From Chrysomallon squamiferum (taxonomy: Eukaryota > Animalia > Mollusca), in assembly GCA_012295275.1 (NCBI GenBank), contig CM022672.1, positions 32,364,001 to 32,428,000 on the forward strand: a DNA stretch of 64,000 bases, given 5' to 3'. Below the pieces are notes generated by a model. That model had not been told where the DNA came from, did no database searches, and was given only the letters and a program-made list of their open reading frames with translations. Each line of letters begins with the position of its first letter. The stretch's first letter is position 1. Shown piece by piece: positions 28,282 through 41,198 of this stretch. The position numbers were made by a program, and so were the translations under genes.

Positions 28282-29469
28282 CTGAATAAAACAATCTAAT
28301 GAAACCAGTGTTAACGCTTGGCTAGATGTGACGTCATGTGATATACTATACGTCATACGTGAATTCTCAAAAACAAAATTACATCTTACAAGACGAGTTA
28401 ATAATAAATAATAACAAATAAACATTAATAAATATTTTATCTATTATAACTATTGTTTATTTATTTATTTATTATTTTTATTTTATTTTATTTTATTTTT
28501 TTGAACTCTCATATATGTATAATTTCAACGGCCGTTATAATTCATTAGATATTTAAATTTGTAGCTACAGTATTTTGTCAAAGTGTAACAGCTTAGGCGA
28601 CCCTCTTAATTACTTATGCACCATTAAGTGAAAATGATAATCAAATATATTAAAATATAATATCAGTTGTATGATTTTCTTTTAGGAAATATAAACACGT
28701 ACATAATAATGTAAAATGCTTGTAAAGTTTATAGGGGGTTCCGTATACTGAACCAAATTGATGTCCACATGCATGTACCATACATTACAAAGCTGATGTG
28801 CCCACAGTCTTGTTAAGAAATTGAGGACACTAATAACAACACTTTATTAAGTAGCACTGATGTACGCATATGTTTGAACAGTCTCTCTCTCTCTCTCTCT
28901 CTACAGTTAGATAATGTTACAATGATGATACATTCTCAGCCCAGTATATGAAAAGCAATTAGTGTGTGTGTGTGTGTGTATGTATGTATATATATATATA
29001 TATATATATAACAAACACACATACATACATATATATACCTACATAATGCGGACATGCAAACATATATACATACACACATCATACATACATACATACATAC
29101 ATATATCGTATTATAAAGAAAGGATGTTTAGGCTAACAGTGGTGAAATAACGGTGATCTGTGCACAAATAAAAACCGAATGTACACAGCTGGTTTTGTTC
29201 ATCAAAATTTACACAGGACTATTAGTTTCTTTTATCATCTCGCAGCAACCAATAAATATGATTTGGCGACAATAAAGCACTGAATTAAACATCACTGGAT
29301 TTAACCGCCGCTGTACAATAATGGTTTACACACACAGTGTCGCTGTCAACAGCAGATCTAAGTAAACAAAACATTCAGCACAAATACCATTAAATAAACT
29401 GAACAGATGTCTATCATCACTACTATCTATACATCAGAACTGGTAAGAAATACTTCTTCTTTTTTTTTT

Positions 29470-30530
29470 TTCACTGTCTACACGTTAAAACACTGGTAAC
29501 AAATACTTTGTTTTTTTACTATCTACACGTGAAAACACTAGTAACAAATACATAGCTTTTTTACTATCTAACGTGAAAACACTAGAAACAAATACTTTGC
29601 TTTTTTTTACTGTCTACACGTGAAAACACTAGTAAAACATACTTAGTTTTTTTTTTCTATCTGCACGTGAAAACACTGGTAACATACTAGCTTTTTACTG
29701 TCTACACGTGAAAACACTGGTAAAATACTAGTTTTTTACTGTCTACACGTGTAAACACTGGTAACATACTAGTTTTTTACTGTCTACACATGAAAACACT
29801 AGAAACAAATAATTTGCTTTTGTTAACTCTCTACACGTGAAAACACTGGTAACATACTAGTTTTTTACTGTCTACACGTGAAAACACTGGTAAAATACTA
29901 CTTTTTTACTGTCTACACGTGAAAACACTGGTAACATACTAATTTTTTACTGTCGACACGTGAAAACACTAGAAACAAATACTTTGTTTTTACTGTCTAC
30001 TTGTGAAAACACTACAAACAAATACTTTGTATTTTTTACTCTCTACACGTGAAAACACTGGTAAAATACTTGTTTTTTACTCTCTACACGTGAAAACACT
30101 GGTAAAATACTTTGTTTTTTACTCTCTACACGTGAAAACACTGGTAAAATACTTTGTTTTTTACTCTCTACGCGTGAAAACACTGGTAAAATACTTTTTG
30201 TTTTACTATCTACACGTGAAAACACTGGTAACAAATACCTTGTTTTTTACTATCTACACGTGAAAACACTGGTAAAATACTTAGTTTTTTTACTCTCTAC
30301 ACGTGAAAACACTGGTAAAATACTTTGTTTTTTACTCTCTACACGTGAAAACACTGGTAAAATACTTTGGTTTTTTTACTATCTAACGTGAAAATACTAG
30401 AAACAAATACTTTTTTTTACTATCTACATGTGAAAACACTAGAAACAAATACTTAGCTTTTTACTATCTAACGTGAAAACACTGGTAACAAATACTTTGT
30501 TTTTTACCAACTACACGTGAAAACACTAGT
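29470..30530. repeat. ~41-bp minisatellite, most units containing CACGTG; ~25 copies (about 4 in the right arm, ~42185-42345)
   Basis: Unit tctacacgtgaaaacactggtaaaatactagttttttactg; starts at 29701 and 29742 give period 41. Confidence 0.92.
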
Positions 30531-30959
30531 AGAAGATAATCTCCTTTTTCGCTGTCTAAAAATCAAAACTGTAAGAAATTTTTTATTATTATTTTATTAT
30601 TAATTTTTTACTTTCTATATGTCAAAACACTAGTAAAAACAGTATGTACTTGTTTTATTTTAAAATGCATTTATTTTCTTTATTTACAGTTGTATCTGTT
30701 TATACTTTGGTTTCTTCGTGTGCATGTTTCTTTATTTATCAGTTAGATAAGACAATGTCTGCAATTTCTACTTAGATTATTATTTTACAATGTAAACAAA
30801 CACATCTTAACAACATTATGTTAACATGGTAATGATAATTACGATGATGAAAATGGTGATCGTGATGCTGATGATAATAAAAATAAAATGATTATTTTAG
30901 GTTGAAGAAATACATCTAGTGAAGACTGAGAAAATGAGTTACTGTCTTACAAACATTTT

Positions 30960-32090
30960 AATAAACACTGGTAAGTTATAACTAGTAAAAACATTTAGTA
31001 GTAGTAATAGTACTAGTAGCAGTTATAGTGGAAGTATTAGAGGTCGTAATAGTAGCAGTAGTAGTAGTAGTAGCTGCATTAGCAGCAGTAGTAGCAGTAG
31101 CAATAGTAGTAGAATTAGTCGCAGTAATAGCAGTAGTAGTAGTAGTAATTATAGTGGCAGTAGTAACAGTCGTAATAGTAGTAATAATAGTTCCTGACTT
31201 ACAACCATTTTAGTAATAACTGGTACGTTAAACTAGTATAAAGCATTTAGTAGTAGTAGTAGCAGTAGTAGTAGCAGTAGTAGTAGCAGTAGTAGTAATA
31301 GTAGTAATAATAGTTCCTGACTTACAACCATTTTAGTAATAACTGGTACGTTAAACTAGTATAAAGCATTTAGTAGTAGTAGTAGTAGTAGTAGCAGTAG
31401 TAGTAATAGTAGTAATAATAGTTCCTGACTTACAACCATTTTAGTAATAACTGGTACGTTAAACTAGTATAAAGCATTTAGTAGTAGTAGTAGTAGTAGT
31501 AGTAGCAGTAGTAATAATAGTAGTAATAATAGTAGTAACTTTAGTAATCACTGGTAAGTTAAACTAGTATAAAAGCATTTAGTAGTAGTAGTAGAAGTAG
31601 TAGCAGTAGTAGCAGCAGTAGTAGTAGTAGTAGAAGCAGTAGTAGTAATAATAGTGGCAGTAATAACAGTAGTAGTAATAGTAGTAGTAATAGATCCTGA
31701 CTTACAACCATTTTAGTAATGGTTTTTTACTAGTAAGTTAAACTAGTATAGAGGCATTTAGTAGTAGTAGTAGTAGTAGCAGCAGTAGTAGTAGTAGCAG
31801 TAGCAGCAGCAGCAGTAGTAGTAATAGTAGCAGTAGTAATAGCAGTAGTAGTAGCAGTAATAGTAGTACCAGTACCAATACCAGTAGCACTAGCAGTAGT
31901 AGCAGCAGCAGCATTAATAATAGTAGTGGTAGCACTAATAGTAGTAACAGTAGTAATAATAGTAGTAATAGTTCGTTTCAACTACTTTAATAATGAGTGG
32001 TAAGTTAAAACTAGTATAACAGTAGTAATAATAGTAGTAATAGTTCCTGTCTTTAAACTACTTTAATAATCAATGGTAAGTTAAAACTAG
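30960..32090. repeat. (AGT/AGC)n-embedded minisatellite with a ~115-125-bp unit; shorter mirror at ~41220-41700
   Basis: Recurrent gttcctgacttacaaccattttagtaataactggtacgttaaactagtataaagcattt separated by (agt)n. Confidence 0.85.
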
Positions 32091-32223
32091 CACTTAATAA
32101 TAATTATTATCATGTGTTGATTATATCAAATAAAAGAAATGAAACAGCAGTTAATAATTACTGATATGCAAACATCCAGACATAATATAGACAGACAGTC
32201 AGATGAATACAAGTATATATAAT

Positions 32224-32258
<35 letters not shown>

Positions 32259-32370
32259 CTTTTTATAGTTGCATCACTGTACATATATGTTGATGTACAT
32301 GTACACATATATGATATTTATTTAATTAATTTCAATAAATTATAAAACTAAATAATTTATATAGTCTCAT

Positions 32371-33126
<756 letters not shown>

Positions 33127-33394
33127 CTGAAAAAATACAAAATAGAAATACTTCCTGATGAAAAATGAAATAAACAAAACATCACATATTATGGAAGATG
33201 TAACAGAATTTACATAAAGTGACTGAGAGTAGTCTTCAGTAAGTCTGTATCGGTGATAACACATTTAGTTAGATTGACTCGATGTTAATTATTAGTATAA
33301 AACATTCTCCCACATTCCCTGACAAATTAATGAACCAATGTTAAAATAAATTTATGTTTATGGAGGCTGAACATACATTCTGTGTGTGTTTGAT

Positions 33395-33655
33395 ATCAGT
33401 TGCACCATGCAGTGAGTATTCACAAACTAGTGGCCAAACCTACCACTCACAGTGTGGCAGTTTAGTATCAGTTACACCATGCAGTGAGTATGCACAAACT
33501 AGTGCCCAAACCTACCACTCACAGTGTGGTAGTTTAATATCAGTTACACCATGCAGTGAGTATTCACGAACTAGTGCCCAAACCTACCACTCATAGTGTG
33601 GCAGTTTAATATCAGTTACACCATGCAGTGAGTATTCACGAACTGAAACCTACCA
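33395..33655. repeat. 72-bp tandem repeat x3.6
   Basis: atcagt starts at 33395, 33467, 33539 and 33611. Confidence 0.92.
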
Positions 33656-34854
33656 CTTCTACAGTTAGTTATGTAAGATAAATAATGTTTAATACACAGC
33701 AGAGCACACAGTTGAATGTATCGACTTTCTTCTGGCACTTCCCAATTTACAAGAACCGTTCAAAAATTCACTGACTGGTGACAGTTCAGTAAAATAGTGA
33801 GGACACAAAAAGAATCATACAAAATAAAAAATCACAGAAACTAAAATTCTGATATCCTGTCACTAAACTTGAATAGTTGAACACTGTGCATAAATATTTA
33901 TCAGTTGATCAAGCAGTTCATAATTTGCGTCTTAACCCAATGTTTCAGTCACAAAGTCAGTTATTTAATGTAAAATTAATATTTTACAAATAAAATAAAA
34001 TAATATTTGCTCAATTCGGTGGCACTGATTACATTCCAGGTGGTGTGACAAGTCTGATAAGGAATGGTTTTCTTATTTCTTCAGTATAGCAAGGACCAAA
34101 TGAAATAATTAAAATTTATGTTTTTCTTCGCAAATACAAGCAGGAGAAAAAATTTAAAAAAATAAATAAAAAGGCTGTTTAATTATTATCTTGGTAAAAA
34201 AGTCTTCGCAGTCTTTATTACTTAAAGAATGTAAACGTATTATTCAGTAAATATTTTATTTTATTTATTTACTGTGTTTCACTGAACAGCAGAATTATGG
34301 GCGGTAATGATTTTGTACAAGCACTTTATTGTTTATAGTATTTATTAAGTGTAAAACAAAAATTAATATTTCGTTCCACTATTAAAAATGCTGACATTAG
34401 ATGGATCGTTCCATAATGTTTGAGTATCTGAATAACTCAATATATGTCAAAAAAATAAAAAAATTCGTTTGTATTTGCGAATTTCGTAAATTAATCTTAT
34501 AAAATATGTTAAAGTGATAAAAAAAAAGATTGCAGATGTTCTATTCTGCTGTTTGTAATTAAGTTTTACCATCACTGGTATCGATAACGTTTCCTTAAAA
34601 ACGAATAAATATTATTTCGGGGAAAAATCCACTTTTCACATTTTATTATTTTAGTGCTTCAGTATTAGAGTGCTCTCCCTTGGTCCAGATTTTATAAATT
34701 CGGGTATCCAAAATCTAATGATTTCTGATCCTAAAAACAAGTAATATTTTCGAAACATAAATTTAAAATCAGCAGTTGCACTATATTTAAATGTAGAAAA
34801 TATAAAGTTAATAATGATTAAAGCAATATAACTAACACCAGTTAAGTTGGTTTT

Positions 34855-34904
<50 letters not shown>

Positions 34905-35029
34905 GTACGTGTGTGTATGTGTGTTGTTGCTGTTGTTGTTTTGTGTTGTGTACAATGATTGGCTTACTGACAACAAATGCTGTGACATCATTTTGCTTTT
35001 TAACAAGGTTGGAATATTCTTGTTACGTT

Positions 35030-35400
35030 TCATTTATGTCTGTGTGCGTGTGTACTAGTTTATGTGTGTATTTATGTGTCTGTTCTGTGTATGTCTCTGT
35101 GTGTGTTACTGTGTGTGTTTCTGTGTGTCTCTGTGTGTGTATGTACTAGTTTATTTGTGTGTGTGTGTCTGTGTGTGTGTGTCTGTCTGTGTCTTTGTCT
35201 GTGTCTGTGTGTATGTCTGTATGTGTCTTTGTGTCTGTCTGCGTGTGTATGTGTCCGTGAGTGTGTGTGTATGTGTCTGTGTGTGTCTGTGTGCGTGTGC
35301 GTGTGTCTGTGTGTGTTTCTCTGTGTGTGTCTGTGTCTGTGTTGTGTATGTGTCTGCGTGTGTGCGTCTGTGTGTGTGTCTGTTTGAGTGTACTTGTTTA
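35030..35400. repeat. Degenerate (GT)/(GTCT) microsatellite
   Basis: Read directly from the sequence. Confidence 0.9.
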
Positions 35401-35980
35401 TCACAGCACTAGAACAACAACAATTACTCCTTACTACTACTGCTATTACTAATACAACTATTACTACTGCTATTACTAATACAACTATTACTACTGCTAT
35501 TACCATTTCTATTAATATTAGTGAGAGAGAGAGAGAGAGAGATATTGAGAGACAGAGAGAGAGAGAGAGAGCACGCAAACTTCTAAATATTATGATTTAC
35601 TATTTCTCCTCTAGTATTACTACTTCTGCTGCTGTTATTATTTTCTCATATCTTCGGTTATTTGACAAGTATTATTAATTTAATTTTGTTCTGAAAACAG
35701 CAGAAAACAATCTACATGAACCAAATAGGATTACTGTAAATAATGCCTCGTTATTATCTGTTTATTCTCGCAGTAAATCCCTGCTGTGACATCATTCAGG
35801 GCCTGTTTTATATATATATATATATACCATTAGAATATACCATTAGAATGTTATTACGCATTAATTAGCGCTCATAGTTGTCTTATAAACAAGATGTCTA
35901 ATACAGGATGTTACATGCATTTCCACGCGTGAAAAGAGTTTGTGTCAAATCGATGCAAATGAAATGTTAAAGAATCACAG

Positions 35981-36013
<33 letters not shown>

Positions 36014-36161
36014 GATAAAATTATATCAAAATGTTACTGAATACTGATTTGTTTAATTATCTTGAAAAATCCTTGACCGATTTCCAATGGCGATCAATCA
36101 ATATCTGAAGCCCCTATATTAAAATTAAATTTAAATACAAATAACAACGTTTTAATTCTAT

Positions 36162-36197
<36 letters not shown>

Positions 36198-36436
36198 TCC
36201 AGTAAATTATAATTATTCATAGTTTATAAGTAATATATGCTGTCTGTCTACTTATAAAGCGCCTTAGCAACGTCATGTTACGTTGTATTGCATCACACAA
36301 CTTGATTAATAGGAATAGCACGCATACTTGATAGATTGAAATAATTACACTGATTCGTGTGACGTCACACATTATACTTTCATAATGGTTGTCAGGTGTT
36401 GAAAGTATCATTGTAACCTCTTCTTTTTCTTATATG

Positions 36437-36480
<44 letters not shown>

Positions 36481-37307
36481 AACGTATGTATGTATGTTTG
36501 TACGTATGTATATATATGTGTGTGTGTGTATGAGTGTATGTATGTATGTATGCATGTATGTATGTACGTATGTACGTATGTACGTATGTATTATACACAC
36601 ACTCAGAGCCACACAAACATGGCTTATCTGTTGGAAATGTTTGAAACGCCTGCTTTCTATATTTTATCTCGAGTGCTGTGATATATCATGGAAACCTAAA
36701 TTCCAGAGAGTAATATTATAATCGATAAATATCATGGTTGTAATTTTGATTATTTATTCTGCCTAAGTCATTATAAAGAGATTCAACTACGTCATATTAG
36801 GTATTATTACGTCACTAATGTTATTAATATACACCGAAAACAAACAGCTGGAAGGATGTGTAAAATAAGTGAATTATTTAAGGTTTAGGCTCATTTACGT
36901 GAACTAGTGTGTTTTCATCGGTTTTGTGACTGAAATACTTAGCCTGTTATGACTTTTGTAACACTCAGTTTGATTGGTTACCAGATAGCATGAGAAAGGT
37001 GGCCGGACTTTTATAACGCTCGATTTGATTGGTAGCCACATAGCAACATTATAAATAATAAGATATTAGCAGTTAAATCCAAATGAAGGCATTAAAATAT
37101 CTGGATGTGGAAAAATAAGTTGTGGCAATTTTATGTCATAATTATTTATTACATTCTATACGTGCGATTGTTGCATGATGATGATGCTTGTTATAATGTT
37201 TATTATTAGTAGTATTCATATCATTTAGTACTTCTTATCATCATCATCATAACTGTCTTTATTATCATATATATATATAAATTGTAGTTTATTACTTTTG
37301 TTCACAG

Positions 37308-38384
37308 ACGCAGCCGATGTCATTTATCGTGTTTGGTGATATGGGATTAAACGATGGAATTACGACTATAAATAGACTACAGAAAGACGTGACGTCACAC
37401 AGATATGACAGGTAGGAGATATAGCGTATAACTTGTACGATGAAGGCGGAAAGGTCGCACTTTTATTTTACATTTAAGCGTAAATATTGTACATAACGTT
37501 TAACTGAGGTATCCCCCCACACACACGCGCGCGATTGTGATACGTCCCATTTAGGACACGCCATAATGATACAGGTCACGGCTGACCTACCTGTTAACCA
37601 TATATTTTCTACCTACAAGCAATATTGGACTCATCTTTCAAGTTGTCACACTGCTTTGGAAATAATTCAGAAAACCACAACTAAGAATTAAGACACCAGA
37701 ACAGAAATATATATATTCACATTCATTTGTTATAAATCCAGCGACATAGCACATGCATTATGTTACATTTATAAATATGTTTACTTAAGTACACAAAATA
37801 TTTCTGCCTGTACCAAGTACCTAATAATTTGGATATTTAGTTACCTTTCCTCAGTTGTGGTTGTTGTTGTTTGTTGTTGTCATGATTATTATTATTAATT
37901 AGTTAATAGTTATGTTATTTGTTAATTCAATAAAGCATCGGTAACTATTATGTAACGGTAATGTAACAGGGATTTGCTTAATTAGTTTCTAAGCTGACTG
38001 TGTAACAAAAGGGACGTGTAACAAATGGGAGACAAATATTAATATCATGCATCTGATTGTTTTCCCGTGTATGAGTCGGATTGGTGTTTGAGCTTTTCTT
38101 CTTTGGTTTGTGCCTCTGTACAAGTATGTAAGTCTTTCAGTATGTTTGTAAATGTGCATTGACGTGTTTGTGTATGTCTGTTTCTGGCGTATGTATGAAT
38201 GCGAAATGACATCAGTAAACACTGTTCATTATATAATCTATTTTAATAAAGGGGGATTTGTAAAATGTTTTGTTATAGAATTCTTTAAACTGTTGTGCTG
38301 TATTTTCAGGTGGGAGACAGTTTTATGAGAAAAATGAAAACATCACAGCATACATTCCTTACATGACTGCCCCCGGAAACCACG

Positions 38385-38433
<49 letters not shown>

Positions 38434-38758
38434 CATCATCATAATCATCATCATCATTATTATTGCTGTCGGTTTTGTCGTTGTTGTTATTGTCGTTGTT
38501 ATTATTATTGTTGTTTTTATTGTTATTGTTGATGACATTATTATTATTATTTTTGTTGTTGTTGTTGCTGTTGTTGTTGCTGTATCACTGTTAGTTATTA
38601 ACAGTGATATTTGAAATTTAGAAATCGGTGGAGACGTCACTCACTACAGAACACGTTTCAGTCGTCCGAACACGCCGTGGCCCACGCCGCTCCAGTCGAT
38701 GTGGTACAGCTACGATGTTGGCCTGGTTCACTTCATCGGGTGCAGTAATAATAATAAC

Positions 38759-38822
<64 letters not shown>

Positions 38823-39702
38823 CAACAACAAGAACAACAACAGTAATAAAAGAAGAACGTTAAACGGAGTAAACACTTGAGCTGTGTTTGAAATGTGTGA
38901 TATATTCATGTTCATGTAATTAAAACAACTTCTCAGATGATGTGGGTATCACACTAAGACAGTTTATTGTTATAGGTAAAACGTGATTTCAGGTATTCAA
39001 CGGAAGTGTATTTCACAGACAATCAGGACTTTGTGTGTGAACAGTTCTCTTGGTTGCTGAAGGACCTGGAACAAGCCAACAGAAATCGACGTCAGTCACC
39101 GTGGATTGTCGCCGTGGCTCGCCAATGTTCCACCAACGACTGGGACGACTGTTCACAAAGGTCGTGGTTACCCAAAGGATGGGTGAAACGAGGCTGTGTA
39201 TAAATTACAAAATTAATATTTATGTATGTGTGGCTGTACGTATTTGTGGGAAGATGTGATTGTGTGTTGTGTGTGTGTGTGCGGAGGGGGGGGAGTGGTG
39301 AACTTGAAGTTTGAACTGTTATGTGGTTCCATCGCCAACAGAACGAGATCTACTCTTTTATTCTCAAATTGATTAGCTCCTCGAGAGATCATCACAAATC
39401 TTTCAAAAATGTAACCACGGCAAATGTATCAACGTGTTCTCAGTTTTGGATAAAAATTGGGTGTCAGTCTGGACTAAACTCTCTCCTTGCTCCCCATCCC
39501 TCAGATTATGAGTCTGAAGCTTGACCTGCATTATGCTTATAATTTATCCACCCCTGATGTGTGGCTATATCTTTGAATGTCTGTATGTGTGTGCATGTGG
39601 GTGTGTATGTCTGAACGACTGTGGCCACTTTTCAGAGGCCGCGTCTTCGCAGACGATTATCGAAATCCACGTGCTTCAGTTCATATTATTTCCGGAGCTG
39701 CC
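37308..39702 (+). pseudogene. ACP7: Purple acid phosphatase (ACP7/PAPL-like) unprocessed pseudogene fragment; 5 exon pieces
   Basis: 37308-37453: FIVFGDMG..RYD[deletion]VGDIAYNL. 38310-38384: VGDSFMRK..[1-nt frameshift]..IPYMTAPGNH. 38622-38739: EIGGD..HYRTRFS..MWYSYDVGLVHFIG. 38993-~39192: YSTEVYF..QFSWLLKDLEQANRNR..PWIVAV[GHRPMY degraded]CS..DDC. 39613-39702: ERLWP..NPRASVHIISGAA. These are collinear with ACP7 motifs. The 5' FN3-like part and the C-terminus were not found. Confidence 0.9.
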
Positions 39703-40125
39703 TCCAAACAACAACCGTCCCGTCGTCGTGGTAGCTGTACTCAGCAGACACTGCGTCACGTTGATCACCTCCGTGCTGTTGACGAACAAGATGACAATGT
39801 TACTCGTCACAATAAGTTTGATGAAGTTTAGATTTTTTTGAGAAAGTGTGACAGAGGGGTCTGGGTGCTGAACGTGCAGCTCAATATCAGAAATGCCGTC
39901 ATCTTCACCCTTCCCATCATAGTGCAACACTGACCCGGAACTGCTTGCTGCTGGAGACAAAATCATGGCCGTAGTGAAGTTTCCTTGAAAAACCTGTGAC
40001 GTGACGTCATGTTCAGTGTATGACTCTCTGGACCCGTTACACATCATGACGCCAACTTCTTGTCGGAACCATTGAGAATGTTCTGGAAACATGGGCGGAA
40101 CCCCGCTCCGTGCGTTACTGATGAA
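39700..40125 (-). pseudogene. Possible laminin-G/ConA-like domain fragment fused tail-to-tail with the ACP7 fragment
   Basis: Open non-repetitive frame with beta-strand-like motifs FTTAMILSP..GSVLHY, IVILFVN and GRLLFGG. The 5' end runs into a microsatellite. The domain call is pattern recall only. Confidence 0.4.
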
Positions 40126-40127
40126 AG

Positions 40128-40129
<2 letters not shown>

Positions 40130-40164
<35 letters not shown>

Positions 40165-40665
40165 CAACAACAACAACAATAATAATAATAACAACAACAA
40201 CAACAACAACATCAACAATAATAATAATAAGAACAACAACAACAACAATAATAATAATAACAACAACACCAACAATAATAGTAATAATAACAACAACAAA
40301 AACTAATAATAGTAATAATAATAATAATAACGACAACAACAACAATAATAATAATAACAACAACAATAATAATAACAATAACAACAACAACAATAATAAT
40401 CATAATAATAATGACAACAGCAACAACAGTAATAATAGTAATAACAATAACAACAACACGAATAATAATAATAATAATAATAATAATGACAACAAGAACA
40501 ACAATAATAATAACATCAACAATAATAATAATCATAACAACAACAACAATAATAATAATAACAACAAAAACAATAATAATAACAACAACAACAACAATAA
40601 TAATAATAATAACAATAATAATGACGACGATAATGATGATGATGATGATGACGATGATGATGATA
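40130..40665. repeat. Long (AAT/AAC/GAT)n compound microsatellite
   Basis: Read directly from the sequence. Confidence 0.95.
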
Positions 40666-40984
40666 AATTAGCAGAAGAAGGAAATACAGTGAATATATTT
40701 ATAATTCTTAGATATCATTAACACAGTAATAAAAACACATGGTTATTGATAAATATATAATATCTGTCTTTTTAACAATCTGTCCTCTCTGTCTATCAAT
40801 GTATCTATATAGCTTTCTGTTCATCTGACTGTATGTCTGTATTATGTCTGGATGTTTGCATATCAGTTATAATTAACTGCTGTTTCATTTCTTTTATTTG
40901 ATATAATCAACACATGATATTAATTATTATTAAGTGCTGTATCATTTTTTTCTATTTTATTTATTAAGAATACACTTTCTGTAG

Positions 40985-41198
40985 TCCCGTGTATGAGTCG
41001 GATTGGTGTTTGAGCTTTTCTTCTTTGGTTTGTGCCTCTGTACAAGTATGTAAGTCTTTCAGTATGTTTGTAAATGTGCATTGACGTGTTTGTGTATGTC
41101 TGTTTCTGCGCGTATGTATGTGTGTGTTTATGTATGAATGCGAAATGACATCAGTAAGCACTGTTCATTATATAATCTATTTTAATAAAGGGGGATTT
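40985..41198 (+). repeat. Direct copy of 38063-38259 (ACP7 intron) inserted in the right arm
   Basis: Near-identical tcccgtgtatgagtcggattggtg...aataaagggggattt. It is bracketed by the 12-mer tttctgtagtcc at 40976-40987 and 41197-41208. Confidence 0.9.

Noticed and set aside
36600-36720. Candidate upstream ACP7 exon (FN3-like region)
   Set aside because: No convincing motif match or splice sites.
40115-40721. Poly-N/I/L/T/Y, RE and CV ORFs here and throughout the window
   Set aside because: They are translations of (AAT)n, (AG)n and (GT)n microsatellites.
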